Shown piece by piece: positions 52,201-64,000 of a stretch of DNA of 64,000 bases (position 1 is its first letter; each line of letters starts with the position of its first letter). A program made the position numbers and the translations under genes. Origin of the DNA: Fimicolochytrium jonesii (lineage: Eukaryota); the NCBI RefSeq assembly GCF_025526975.1, contig NW_026515670.1, forward strand, positions 1,302,001-1,366,000. The letters are read 5' to 3'. Under the pieces are notes generated by a model, which was not told where the DNA came from, searched no databases, and saw only the letters and a list, made by a program, of their open reading frames with translations.

Positions 52201-53581
52201 AGTTTGGCTTCAATGTCGTCGAGGACGGAGAAGAGGGCCGCAATGTGAGAGACAAAGTGGGTGCCTTGGATCAGGCCTTCTTCGCGCTTTTCGTGGGAGA
52301 GGTGGATGAGCATGTCGGAGATGCATTCGGCGGAGAGCTCTTCGAAGGCGGAGAGAACGTGGAGGATGCGGCCAGCTTTGTCGGCTATTGCTTGGTTGGC
52401 TTCGAGGTCGGCTGTGGAGAGAGGAGGGATGTGAGGAATTGTTCCCAGAGAGGTGTTATGGAAGCTCTATTCATTTACCTTTGTCGTTCGGTCCAGGGAG
52501 TTTCGGCGTGGGTTCTGTTGATGGGTTGACCGTAACGTTCCATAACTGTTGTATGATTGAGCGGAAGTCAGCGTTATCCCCTTTACACTAGTTCATACCC
52601 AACCCCTAACGAACCTTATAGATCATGTAGCATTCCGGATGCCACTTTTCCGTCCACGTCCCCTTATTCGTCTCCACAAAACTCTTCAAAACCGCCGTCT
52701 TACACCCCCCGCACTTGACCGCAAACAGATACGAGTAGTGCGTCTGGCAATACACGTTCCCTTCCTGCTCATAATACGAGTCGTGCTGTCGAAACACGGT
52801 GGGGCACACGGAACACGTGAAATGCTCCAGGTGGTATTTCTTCCCTAGTGCGTCGATGTGTGCGCCGCGGAGTGCGCCTCCGCATTTCGCGCAGAGGAGG
52901 TCTAGTCGCCGGAAGTAGTCCTTTTCGCAGAAGAATTGCCGTTGTCCGTCTGCGCCTGTAAGTGGGAAGAACTTTTCTGCTACTACTTGGTCGCAGTCCT
53001 ACATCAAGCGATGTGTTTGAGTAAGTGGGTGTCATAACTTTGGGTTCAATGTGTTGCCATCATCCATCGTTCATCCAACCTCCATCGACATCCACCAAAA
53101 TACATCCAACCTCCGTCGACATCCTCCATCCTCCATCCTCTATCCTCCATCCCTCTATCCTCTATCCTCCCTTCATGTGTCTACGAGCGGCATCGAGTTA
53201 TGCAGTGGGCGGAGCTGCTCGCCGGTGCTCGCCAAGAACCGCGGTGAGGGGAGGATTGCGCCTTTGGCGCAACTGGGATTCGCTCCGCTCGTGCTCCCTC
53301 TCGCTCGCGAAATCGTTTGCTCCGGCCGAGCTCGCTAACGCTCCCACTCCCACCCCTCTTCCCAATCCTGGCCTCACCTGACACCTAAAACAATCCAAGT
53401 GATAGTGTCCATTGAGAGCCCTCACAAACTGCCCGTCAATCTGCAGACCACAGTGACTACATTTACTCTGCGAGGAAGGCAGTTGTTCCCTACTGGACTC
53501 TACGCCGCCGTGTTGAGCGACTGCAGGTGCTGTTGGTGCCGGTGGTGGCGGTGCCGTCGCTGCTTCTGGTGGTGGGCACAT
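49242..53581 (-). CDS. LIM-domain Rho GTPase-activating protein (Lrg1/Rga1-like)
   Basis: LIM domains (CSHCG...YHLDCFRC, CGGCK...WHPEC) and a RhoGAP domain (EGIFRKNGNIR, VAALLKKFLRDMPEPLLT, NKMGLDNLATVITPN). Both termini are approximate. Confidence 0.92.
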
Positions 53582-54669
53582 ATTCGGTGGATTATACTTT
53601 GTGGTGGTTGGTTGTAGCTATCTAAAATGCCGACTCTGCGGTATAGTGAGGAGGGAGCGGCGATATGCAGAGCGGTATATGCGGACTAGATAGAGACGCT
53701 TGCTGAGGTTCAGACGAGCGCCAAGACCTGATTGGGAGGGTCGGGGTGTGTGTATGTGAGTCCGTGTATCGGATGTCGCTCTAGGGTAATGTCCGTAGTG
53801 TTCAAGATGGTGTTTCCGGACCCGGACTCGAAAAGCGTGCAGCGGCTGGAGATTTGCGACAAGCGGCGGAGGGGGGGGGGGGGGGGGGGTGGGGGCGTTC
53901 CGTTGGAGACGATAGGTATGCGGCGGCCCACACGTAGGGGGTGATCAGCAGCCAATGGCTCCGGGGGGGGGCGCTAGCGGGCAGGTTCCAGCGATAACTC
54001 AGTCAGTGGGTGGCCGTACTGTCCTGTATTGTGAGCGGTGCATGCAGCAGTAGTGACAAGTCGACCAACCAACCGCCAGCCAGCGTATAGCCCGCCTTGT
54101 TCATCACCCACCCACCCACACAGGCCCCCCGGGAATGGGATGAGGGGCGCGGCAACCGGGCATGCATGGCCTCACGTGCGCGGTCACGCACTGCGTTGGA
54201 TTTAACGCCTCGCCAGCGCCACTGTGGCTTGCTTGAGGCACCGACTCCTTCGTCGCGTGACGCTTGATGAGAAAGGGGAACGAACGGCGCACATCGCTGA
54301 CTGGCTGGCTGGATCTAATCGGTCCGCTAATTATTACTATAGAATCACTGCAATCGCTACTCCTTGGTAAAGTCTCTGGCTGGTTGACAGGCCATTTCCC
54401 ACAGAGCTTCCTTCGAAAGCTTCCGCCATCGGGTGCAGCCATTCTGCATTGCATACGACCTTTAAGTCTCATCTCAGAAACCCCACGCAGTGAGCGGCTG
54501 GCTCTTTCCTACCGCCACCGTAGCGTCCGTCGTCCTTGTTTGATTTCACCCATCCAGTCCCAAGATCGCGCGATTCCCACGCGGCATCTGGGAGAACTTG
54601 GTCATCGTACGAAGGCAGGGATCGAACCTGTCATAACTCAATTCCCTTCCCAGTCGAAAGAAAGCGTCC

Positions 54670-57113
54670 ATGTCTTACTTTCCCGACCTCAAAGACGAGT
54701 CCGTGGTCGGCGAGCCTGCTGCGGCAAACCCCACGGTAAACTTGTTAGACGACGCGAACTACGTTCGTAGCCCGTGGAAGAACGGGCTGGGAGAAACGCA
54801 TCAGATAGCCATAAGCCCACCGACCGCAGACTTTGAAGCCGATGATTTCCTATGGCGGCTCCAGCTGTCCGAGGTCAGGGATTCCTGCTCGCTCTCAGTC
54901 TACCCGGGCTACGATATCGCGTTGTTGCTGCTGCCCACCGATAAGCCTGCTCCCAGCGCGCGTAGGAACTCCGTCACATCCCCGGTAGCCCTCCATCACA
55001 ACGACCAGGCGACGGCGGTGCCGTTGCGCCCGCTTCAGCCATACACTTATAGCGGGGAATGGCCTACAACCTGCCGTTTGAGGACATCGCCCGTCCGCCA
55101 TCTTACTTTCATCGCTAATCGCGATCGCACACGCGTCTCGGCAACGCTGGAAAACATTTGCTTGCATGGTTTACACTCGGATGGCGAATGTGGTGCGGAA
55201 CATGAAATCAATGGGAGTGGGGCTCCACGCTCAGCTTCCCCGGAGCCGATAGATGATGATACGTCCGCTGTGGGTCGGCAACCTTCGAAGCCCAACGGGT
55301 CATCCGGGCCACAGTCCAGCAGTAAAATGCTCCTGGGCAACACATCAATCCTTTACGTCGTAACCGGAACCGTCAAAGTAAACGTCGAAGGCAGCGACAA
55401 GCCCTACGTCGTCAAAACCGGCCAAACCCTCATATGCCACCGCGAAGACGACGCCAGCCCAACCGACCTCACCATGAAACCCGTCCAACTCGACGGCACC
55501 GACTTCCCCAAAGAAACAGACCACCAAGACGCCAGCGTCCTCATCATCCAAATCAACCACATTCAACGCCAACGCCGCGAGTCCTCCCTCGCGGACCTCG
55601 GACCCGTCCGTCCGCGCGGCCGTACAGGGTCTATCATCGTATACGACGACCAACCGATCCCCGTCTACTCCGACCCCTCCGCCACCCCGCAATTACCCAC
55701 GAACCCCACCTCCCCCTCCGAGATGCCGATACGCAACTGGGACTCGGCGAGGCATTACAAACCGCCCGTGTTTTCGTCGCGCTTCCAGAATGAGAGCGAG
55801 GTCCCGCCTGCGGTTGTGAGGGATAAGCTGGATATTGAGGAGTTTCCTGTGGGCGCGATCAGTACCGTGTGGATTAACATGGTTAAGCAGGGGTTGAGCG
55901 AGTGGTTGCGGATACCGGTTATCGTCGCAAGGGGCAAAGAGGAAGGACCCGTGGTATGGACTCTACCACGAGAATTTCCTTTTAAAACACAACAATAAGC
56001 ATTTATTCACGTCAACCGCGCCATATTTCTTATTAGGTCGGGATAACAGCCGTAGTCCACGGCAACGAACTCAACGGCGTCCCATGCATCCACCGCGTCA
56101 TCTCCGACATTGATGTCTCCTTCCTCCGCGGCACCGTCGTCGCCGTCCCCTGCGTCAACGTCCCCGGCTACCTCCGCTACACGCGCGAATTCTCCGACGG
56201 CAAAGACCTCAACCGCCTCTTCCCCGGCTCACCCACGGGAACCTCATCCCAGATATACGCGTATAACTTGATGCAGAAGGTGGTGAGGAAGTTTGATTAC
56301 CTGATTGACCTGCATACGGCATCTTTTGGGCGGGTGAATAGTTATTATGTCCGGTGTGATATGAACGATGCCAGGAGTGCGAGTATGGCAAAGTTGCAGC
56401 AGCCGCAGATTATTTTGCATAATAGTGGGCAGGACGGTGAGTGTTGGGTCTCTGTGAGAGGGGAGACCGTGTCTGTCCCATCAGTACCGCATTGGACTCA
56501 AAGTACAAAACCAAACCCTCATCTCCCTCTCGACCACACAGGCGCCCTCCGCTCCGCAGCAATGTCCCTCTCCATCGCCTCCATAACCGTCGAAATCGGC
56601 AACCCCCAACTCTTCCAAAACCAATTCGTCCAATGGTCCTACCAAGGCGTCATGCGTATCCTCTCCTGGCTCTCCATGTTCACCCCCACTGTCCCAATAA
56701 CCCATATCCCCGACGCCCTACCGCCATCCAGTACCATTTTGTGTTCAAAGGGGTATTGGATCTATACGCGCACGGGCGGGGTGCTGGAAGTGTATCCGGG
56801 CGTGAACAGTGTGGTGAAGAAGGGGGACCTGGTGGCAAGGATCAAGAATATTTTCGGGAACATTGTGGATGAGGTGTTTGCTCCCGGGACCGGTGTCGTA
56901 AGTGTCTTGTATCCGCCCTCTGATTTGATCTTGTTTTTTTTTTTGGTGTTTTTGGCTAGCCCGTGATTAACATGGGATTTGTGGAAATTTTTTTCGTAGA
57001 CGATTGGAAGAAGCTCGAACCCGGTCGCGATGGCGGGCGACCGTGTGCTGCATATGGGCGTTATCAAGAGGGAGGGGGAGGTGTTGGCGAAGGAGGCGAA
57101 GGAGAATTACTGA
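54670..57113 (+). CDS. HutD-domain + succinylglutamate desuccinylase/aspartoacylase (AstE/AspA) fusion
   Basis: The N-terminus has HutD-type PWKNGLGETHQIAISP...DFLWRL...YPGYD. The C-terminus has M14-like Zn deacylase motifs VHGNE, DLNRLFPG, IDLHTAS and VEIG. Four exons. Confidence 0.88.
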
Positions 57114-57881
57114 GAAGCCTCCACCCCCCCAACCACCCGCCCTCGGTTGGCTGTTGCATTCCCGGGAAGCAGAAGAGAACTTTGCGGGTGGCAAAACTTT
57201 TTCCCACAGACCTTCTGCCTGATTCTGAGAAAAATCACCCACTCGGCTGGTCTGGGTGAATGGACGCCCGAGCAGCCAGACACTACTAGATCTAGTCTAG
57301 TCTCTCGGACAGGTGACGGAAAGGGGAGCGGGGTGGATACCACTCCCCCCTCGCACACCCCGTAGAGTCAAGGGCATCGGGGGACCCCCATTTTGTAAGA
57401 ATGAAATGAATGAATATCTGGTTTTCTGTCTCTAACGAATACGAACAGGTGGTTCTGGTTCCATACACCCCACATGGACCGGTTTTATTTAGAGTGTCGG
57501 ATAACTCCTTCTAGCGATCCTGTGGACAATTTTTGTTCTTGCTTCTAGATCCACGAAGGTGGTGGTTATTACGACTACGAATGGGTATATTAAGGCAGAG
57601 GAGTATTCGTGCTAGTCGATTCTATTACTGTGTTCCGGCGCTCCAGAAGTGACACCGGCGCGCGAGGTGTGAGCGATGGAGGGATTACCGGTCCCGGTCG
57701 TAGGGTGGTGGATATGAAACTCCGCACGCAGGAGGCACATCGTCGATGGCGGTATGCATTGGTAGTATGGTGGCCGGCGTTTTTCGTTTTCGTTTCGCTT
57801 GGCCCCGGCACGAAAGGCGATGAGTGAGGTTCTTCTCCCGTTGTCGTAAGGGTGATCATCCCCCAAACAACCCCGTTTCTC

Positions 57882-58850
57882 TCACGCCACGAACGAGGTT
57901 GACCTATTCGTCTCGGCCCCTGATCTCAACGATCCATGCCTATGCACATTCCCCCCCGAATATCCCCCTTCCATGCCTCCCTCCCTCGTCGTCCTCGCCC
58001 CGGACCCCAGCGCCTGCTGCATCTGGGTCTGCAACGGAATCGTCCACAGCTGAATCCCCTGCAACCAGCAATAATCCTCCAAAATAAACGTAAACATCAG
58101 CCACCCCCACTCGGTAATCACCCACTGCAGCGCGCACAGGATCACGTAGCTGGTCGAGAACACCAGCATGAAGACAAGCTGCCGGTAGTACACCGCGTCG
58201 ATTGCGTCGATGCTCGTGTTGGCAGGGAGCCTTGGGGTCGTGGGGGTGGTGGACGCCGCCCCCGCGCCGCCGGGGGCAGGCACGTACTCTGCGGCGCGCT
58301 CCCTCGTGGTCGCCAACCCCTTACTCCTCGTACTCCTCGCGAGCCTCAGATGCCATCCCAAGCACGCGATGGTCGGGCCTGCGACGCTCAAAAAGCTCAA
58401 CAAAAACAACACGTTGTACACCGCCGTCTTCCACGCATTCAGCTGCTGCCCACACGTCCCCGGATCCACCACCGGCGCCGTGATCATATGCTCCATGAAC
58501 GCCGTGCTGCTCGCCCCCCACAGCCCCGTGCTGACCCCCGTCACCCACTTCCCCACCGCGTCCCCCTTCCGCATCGCCCGGTACAGCCCACCCAGCAGGT
58601 GGATCAGCATGTACCGGAACGTGAGGATCCCGAACAGGTTGCCGAGGACGATGAGCGCCGTACAGTTGCGCGAGAGCGACGCGTCCAGGTAGAACACCAT
58701 CGTCGTGCGCTGGATCAGGTGCGAGATGCACATGGTGATCAGCGGGATGCGGAGGTGCGGCGCGAGCGCGGAGGCGAAGAGGAGGGAGTTGAGGTGGATC
58801 ATCGTGTGCGACACGCTGATGGCGGTGATCGTGCTGAGGATGATGGTCAT
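57882..58850 (-). CDS. Multi-pass (about 7TM) membrane protein
   Basis: About seven hydrophobic segments, with Cys in putative extracellular loops. Likely ATG at 58850. Confidence 0.65.
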   Translation of the reverse strand: MTIILSTITAISVSHTMIHLNSLLFASALAPHLRIPLITMCISHLIQRTTMVFYLDASLSRNCTALIVLGNLFGILTFRYMLIHLLGGLYRAMRKGDAVGKWVTGVSTGLWGASSTAFMEHMITAPVVDPGTCGQQLNAWKTAVYNVLFLLSFLSVAGPTIACLGWHLRLARSTRSKGLATTRERAAEYVPAPGGAGAASTTPTTPRLPANTSIDAIDAVYYRQLVFMLVFSTSYVILCALQWVITEWGWLMFTFILEDYCWLQGIQLWTIPLQTQMQQALGSGARTTREGGMEGGYSGGNVHRHGSLRSGAETNRSTSFVA

Positions 58851-59463
58851 TTTTCTTAGGGTGCGGAGGTGGGGGATGTGATGTGATGTGTGGTGGGTAG
58901 GAAACGTCGTGATGTGTGGCAGTGAGAAAAGCGGCCTTTTGTGCGCAACGAACCGGGCTGGAGATAGAGCCTCAATCCGCTCGCACGCCCCGCGCCAGGA
59001 GGATAAGTTGTCGAACGGGTGTCTTTGAAGACGTGTCGCCCAGAAAAGCAAGCTTTTCAAAACGGTATAGAAAGCAGAAAAAGTGCGATGCTACGCCCCG
59101 GAAGTCTAACGAACATGCCCAAAGACCCTATCTTTGGTTAGCGGAATGGGAGCGACGAAAATCGACAGCGCGGTGTGTGGCTTTTGACAGCGAGTTTGTA
59201 CTGAGCACACTTTATTCTTTTTCGGGGCACTTGATATTTATTCGGAAGAGAGAAGAAGAGAGAGGGGATTGCGCCTCGTGCTCATGAAGAGAATCTCTAA
59301 TCGGAGTGCCGGAGCAGCCTTTCGGACGCCGGTCCCAGACCCATCCTATTCGTGCGCGACAAGCCCTTCAGAACCCTCTCGCATCTCATCACCGTGGATT
59401 CAGTAACAGCCAGGCCCCAACAACTCTCGAACCTTTCCCCAACCCCCAAAGCCGAAAGAGAAA

Positions 59464-61023
59464 ATGCCCAAATCCAAATCCTCGTCCAAAAAGAAAAAAA
59501 CCCTCCCCCCGCTCCCCCCCTTCTTCGACTATACAACCTACACCCCACCCCAATGGACACCCCCGGCACCCGCGCACTTCACCACCCTCGCAGCCGACCA
59601 CCGCCGCCTCCAACACTCCACCCTCACACACCACCAGGCGCTGATCCGCCTCCGGCAGGTCGACTGGGAAGACTTCCATGATGCGTATGTGGTGGTTGAG
59701 AAGGGGTGGAGCGTGTTTAGGGTGCAGAGGGTTGTGAGTGAGCAGGTGCATGGGGGGGCGGTGGAGGCGGGGGATGTGGTTGTTTATTTGGGGGAAGGGG
59801 GAAAAGATGCAAGAGAGAGGGAGAGCGGGGGAGTGGGGGAGGGTGCCGAGGGGGACGGAGGTGGTGGGGGGGTGTCGACGGCGGTGACCGACGGGATGGG
59901 CGGGTCGACGGGGAATGTGATGCGGACGGGCAGCGAGGTGACTGTTGGCAGTCCAACCACTCCAGCGACGACTCAGGACACGACGGGATCGGGTTCATCA
60001 CCCCCGCACGACCACCCCATAACACACCCCCGCCCCTCCGCAACCCCAACCGCCCGCCTCGACGCCTGTTTCCCCTCCATCGCGTCGTTCGTCATGCCCT
60101 CGGACCCCGACCCGGACTCACAGACCCGCCTGGCACTCTCCCACCTCCCCCCCGGCCTCTCTCTCTCAACCCACACCCTCCACGCCCTCCTCACCGACGC
60201 CGCGCGCCGCGCCTTCGCCAAATCCTCCGCCAACCTCGTCCCGCAGGACACCCGGGCCACAGGGCGGCGGATGACGCTTACCGCCGGGAACAGCAACGCC
60301 CCCCGACGACAGAGTATGATGCTCCTCGGCCCACGGCGGATGAGCGTTATGGGGGATGTCAACAACCCCGGCGGTGGGGGCGAGGCCGTGGGAGCGCCCG
60401 CCGCGGTGGTGTTACCGGCAGCGGTGACGGTGTGGTATGATGTGGCGTTGAATATGGGGCCGAGAGGACCTCCCACACCGTCTGCTGCCACTGCTCCTGT
60501 GAACGTGCGAACCAGGTCGGGGGCGGAGAGGGAGAGGGGGAAGGAGAATGTGAGGCCGGCTAGTGGACGGTCGGATACGTCTGGGAAGGGGGCGAGGCCT
60601 GCGAGTGCGCGGTCGGATGTGTCCGGTAAGGGCTTCGGGCCGAGCGGCGGTACAGATGTCGGCATCGCAATAACGACGACGACAACAGCGACGATAACGT
60701 CAGACCAAGACCGATCCCCGCGGCACAGGCTAGACCACACGGACCCGCTGCTAATGTACGAGACGTACCGCGTGAAAACAGCTCGGGGCGCGGGGACGTC
60801 GGTGGGTGGTGGCGACAAAGCAAGGGGTGGGAGCCCTCCGGCGACTGGGAAAGCAACGGCAGACGCGGGGCCGGCGGCGGTGCAACAACCGCAACCGCAG
60901 CCGCAACCGCAACCGCAGACGCAGGCGCCGGCGCTGCCTCCGCCGTCGTCCGGGAAAGGCCGTAAGAAGGCGCGAGAGGGTGTGCCTATGGTCACTTTCA
61001 TTGAGGAAGGAGAGGGAGAGTAG
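59464..61023 (+). CDS. Hypothetical protein, intronless, mostly low complexity
   Basis: 519-aa ORF with a small globular-looking N-terminal block and a QP repeat near the end. Confidence 0.65.
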   Translation: MPKSKSSSKKKKTLPPLPPFFDYTTYTPPQWTPPAPAHFTTLAADHRRLQHSTLTHHQALIRLRQVDWEDFHDAYVVVEKGWSVFRVQRVVSEQVHGGAVEAGDVVVYLGEGGKDARERESGGVGEGAEGDGGGGGVSTAVTDGMGGSTGNVMRTGSEVTVGSPTTPATTQDTTGSGSSPPHDHPITHPRPSATPTARLDACFPSIASFVMPSDPDPDSQTRLALSHLPPGLSLSTHTLHALLTDAARRAFAKSSANLVPQDTRATGRRMTLTAGNSNAPRRQSMMLLGPRRMSVMGDVNNPGGGGEAVGAPAAVVLPAAVTVWYDVALNMGPRGPPTPSAATAPVNVRTRSGAERERGKENVRPASGRSDTSGKGARPASARSDVSGKGFGPSGGTDVGIAITTTTTATITSDQDRSPRHRLDHTDPLLMYETYRVKTARGAGTSVGGGDKARGGSPPATGKATADAGPAAVQQPQPQPQPQPQTQAPALPPPSSGKGRKKAREGVPMVTFIEEGEGE

Positions 61024-61439
61024 CTGATCGCTCTGAGCGTACATATATGTCGCTCTTTACACGTAGACAAGTAATAGGATTGCATATAGACCCGTTTGGC
61101 CCTCCACAAAGCGCAAAAGAATCAAAGCCAAAAGAGCTTGGGTCGTTTCTGGATTTTCGACGCTTTTTCCGAGTCTCATTTTCACTCGTTTCCAAAACCA
61201 CAAGCCAACATTTTGACAAAAATTTACACTCATATCTCACTACGGGGACGGGCACACACTCCCTTCCCCGTACTCCCTCACCCAATGTCCCCTCAATAAG
61301 GTTCTCCACACCATTTTCCGGTAGAGGGATCTGTTCCCCGCGACTCGTTTCGACAGAAACGTTTCTATAGAAAGGGAGGAAAAAACATATATACGTGCCG
61401 CGGGGCACCGGAGGGTGGAGGCTTTGTCGCGTGTGTGCT

Positions 61440-62532
61440 TCAAGCGGTGCCTTTTTCTGCCCCCTTTTTTCCTCCTTTCGTGTTTTTGTTGATGAGGGAT
61501 TTCTGGTAGTGGACAAAATTGAGGTTGTGAGTGACTGAGGGTTTTTGAATCAATGACGCGAAGAGATGGGGGTGAGGATGGTAGAGTGATCGGTTGAACG
61601 ATACCCCTGCTCGCTTCGCTCGCGACAAGGAGGTTGGGCCATGTGTGATAAGAACGACCGTTCGCTGTCGCTCACAGTTGAAGACAGGCGCTCGCCATGC
61701 CCGCGTAAGAACCACGAACGTCCGCTTGCGCTCGCGTTTACTGCTCGCTTCGCTTGTCCCTCCATTCGCTGCTCCGCTACCATCAAATCGCAGCAATCGT
61801 AAACTCACGTGAATATGGGGAATGACACCTCCACCCGCGATAGTCGCCTTGATCAAGCCATCCAGCTCCTCGTCACCCCTGATAGCCAACTGCAAGTGCC
61901 TCGGCGTGATACGCTTCACTTTCAGGTCCTTGGAGGCGTTTCCAGCGAGCTCGAGGACTTCAGCGGTGAGGTATTCGAGGATGGCGGCAGAGTAGACGGC
62001 AGCCTTTGCACCGACGCGCACGTTGTTCTGGGTTCGTTGTTTGAGGTACCGGTGGATACGTCCGACTGGGAATTGGAGCCCGGCCTGTGGAGTGTTGAAA
62101 CGCGTCGTGAGTTATGGGTGGAAGCTCGTGGGAAAATGCAGACCCGTCGGAAAGTGCACGAATGCCGTCGAGATGGGACTCGCTTCCCGACACATACCCT
62201 AGCGGCACGAGAGTAAGGGGCACCCTTGTTGCCTTCCTTATCCTCCTGTGCCTGCGCGGAGGAGACTTTGCCCGCTTTACCAGCCTACAAGGAAATGACA
62301 TGAGAAGGTATGAAGTCAGCGATCGACCGAGTTGGAGCCCCGTCTGACAGGAGGGCGTTGGACATCACCGAGGTGTCAGTCATCTCCAGCGTGGTATTCC
62401 CACACGAATGTTGCCCTGGCTATCTCGGGTGGCGATTCCAGACATCGCCGATGTGACGCGCCCATCGCCGCCATGTCCGAAACGCGTAAGGTTTGAAAGA
62501 CACCCAAGCCCAACCATCCGCCCACTCACCAT
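61440..62532 (-). CDS. HTZ1: Histone H2A.Z, 4 coding exons
   Basis: [15 protein letters not shown]...[45 protein letters not shown]...[12 protein letters not shown]. The first coding exon is the ATG alone (62530-62532), followed by GTGAGT. Confidence 0.96.
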
Positions 62533-62611
62533 CGTTGATCAAAGTGCCTGTTACGAACCGAACGAAAAAGTGGGTCCTATGATGGAGTTTGACTGTAGGA
62601 TGCCGACGAGC

Positions 62612-62660
62612 GATGGATGGATGGATGGATGGATGGATGGATGGATGGGGGGGGGGGGGG
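62612..62660 (+). repeat. (GATG)n microsatellite followed by G14
   Basis: Seen directly in the H2A.Z/DLIC divergent intergenic region. Confidence 0.85.
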
Positions 62661-62947
62661 CTCTAGGGGCTCTTGCGGTGTGGAGTCTGCGGTTGCAACG
62701 CGTCGACGTGGAATGCAGGGAATCCATCATCATCATCATCATCCAGCCCAACCCTCATAATCGCAGATAAGGAAAAGAAGGACGAGACAGAGGACGTGAC
62801 TCAGCAGCACCACTCTCACGCAGGACGCCCCTTGTCCGAAATCACTCGACTCTGAGACTATTCATTTTCCCACGGCAACACAAGTCCGCCCCAGATTTGT
62901 TCAATAACCCAACTGTCGCAATAGTACAGCAATAGCACAGCATAAGC

Positions 62948-64000
62948 ATGGCGTCCGATATCAACCCTCCTACCAGCAGCAGCAGCGGCCGTATCTCCCC
63001 TCGTCGCCCACTTCCAAACGGCAAAACCGTCGACACCGCTACGAACCCTGACGCGCAAGGAACCGCAGCCGCAGAAACAGAAGGCATCTGGGACACCATT
63101 CTCAAAAGCGTCGCAACGACAAAAGTCACTCAAACAAAGAAGCTGCTGGTCGTCGGTGAGCTTATGAGTTTTTCGCAAGTAGAGGCAGATTTCACATGTT
63201 CAACTCACATTTTTACAAATGTACAAGGCGACGCCCAAGCTGGCAAAACCACCGTGATCAACGCGATCAAACAGTTCAAGGAGGAAGAGGTCACATCTCG
63301 GAAAAAGGCTACATTCACTGCACCAGTGGAGCTGGCCCTTTCGTACAACTATATGGATGTAACGGACGAGGAGAACGAAGGTGTGTCATGGTGAGTCCGT
63401 TTGCCGAAGGCGCGGCTTGTTGCTTTATTCCAAGTTTCCTAATCTTTCCAATATTAGACGTCATTGCACGCGTGGGGATATACCAGCTGGCCAGTGATGC
63501 GGCCTTTGAGAACCTGATGCGATTTGCATTGAGTTCGGAGGATCTCGCCGATGCCTTGGTGGTGATTGTGATGGACTGGACACGGCCCTGGACGTTCGTG
63601 CGCGTATTGGGGAACTGGCTCAGCGTAATAGAGCGGCACATCAACAAATTGTTAGAAAAGGAGCCAGATAGGCTGCGACACCTCCAAGAGCGAGGTGAGA
63701 AGTGTGCCGTTGGAGCCGGACAACTGGAAACATGATTCTCAATAGATGCATTTGCGTGAATAGTGGAGGCTTACTACCGCGGATATCGAGAGCCTGCCCC
63801 GGACGTCCAAGGGTCGACCGGAGACCTGTCCGGGAGAGAATCAACCACTGCCAGAATCAGTGCCCAACACCCGGTCGAGACACCTTTGGATCAAGGGGTT
63901 CTGACGAAGAATCTCGGAATACCAATAGTATTTGTGGCAGCCAAGGTATGCGCACGATCTCGGCAAGCGAAGCCGCCGATGCGACTGGTTCCAAAAGGCT
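62948..64000 (+). CDS. Cytoplasmic dynein 1 light intermediate chain (5' part, runs off the window)
   Basis: IWDTILKSV, P-loop VGDAQAGKTT, LALSYNYMDV, VIVMDWTRPW and GVLTKNLGIPIVFV. Confidence 0.92.

Noticed and set aside
53085..53175. CCATCCT-like tandem array in the RhoGAP intron
   Set aside because: Ordinary degenerate microsatellite.
57936..61109. Long antisense ORFs 57936-58859 (+) and 59973-61109 (-)
   Set aside because: Shadow ORFs of GC-rich genes on the opposite strand.

Overview
Gene-dense eukaryotic genomic DNA with many short GT-AG introns. The gene set (ZBBX-like ciliary protein, Crinkler-like pseudogene, Integrator subunit 3, fungal-type Ran1 kinase/frequenin/LIM-RhoGAP) suggests a zoosporic, chytrid-like fungus; this is inference. 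I count about 22 protein-coding loci, including CAF-1 large subunit, UbiA/MenA prenyltransferase, frequenin, SERF/4F5, ABC1 kinase, LCAT-like hydrolase, MetAP, TRS31, CaMK1, INTS3, LIM-RhoGAP, H2A.Z and dynein light intermediate chain. There are also two identical convergent tRNA-Leu(AAG) genes, 2-3 pseudogenes and two Tc1/mariner-type MITEs. Four observations stand out. (1) A strand-oriented GAGCG-N1-3-AGCGA / GCGAAGC motif family sits in five unusually long introns of unrelated genes. (2) An RRM is fused to an E. coli-type TatD nuclease. (3) A HutD domain is fused to an AstE/AspA deacylase. (4) A MITE is inserted in-frame in a Crinkler pseudogene, and TACAGTA/TACTGTA footprint-like heptamers are scattered through non-coding DNA. 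Gene models were spliced by eye, so CDS coordinates are gene spans including introns. Family calls rest on recognised motifs, not database searches.
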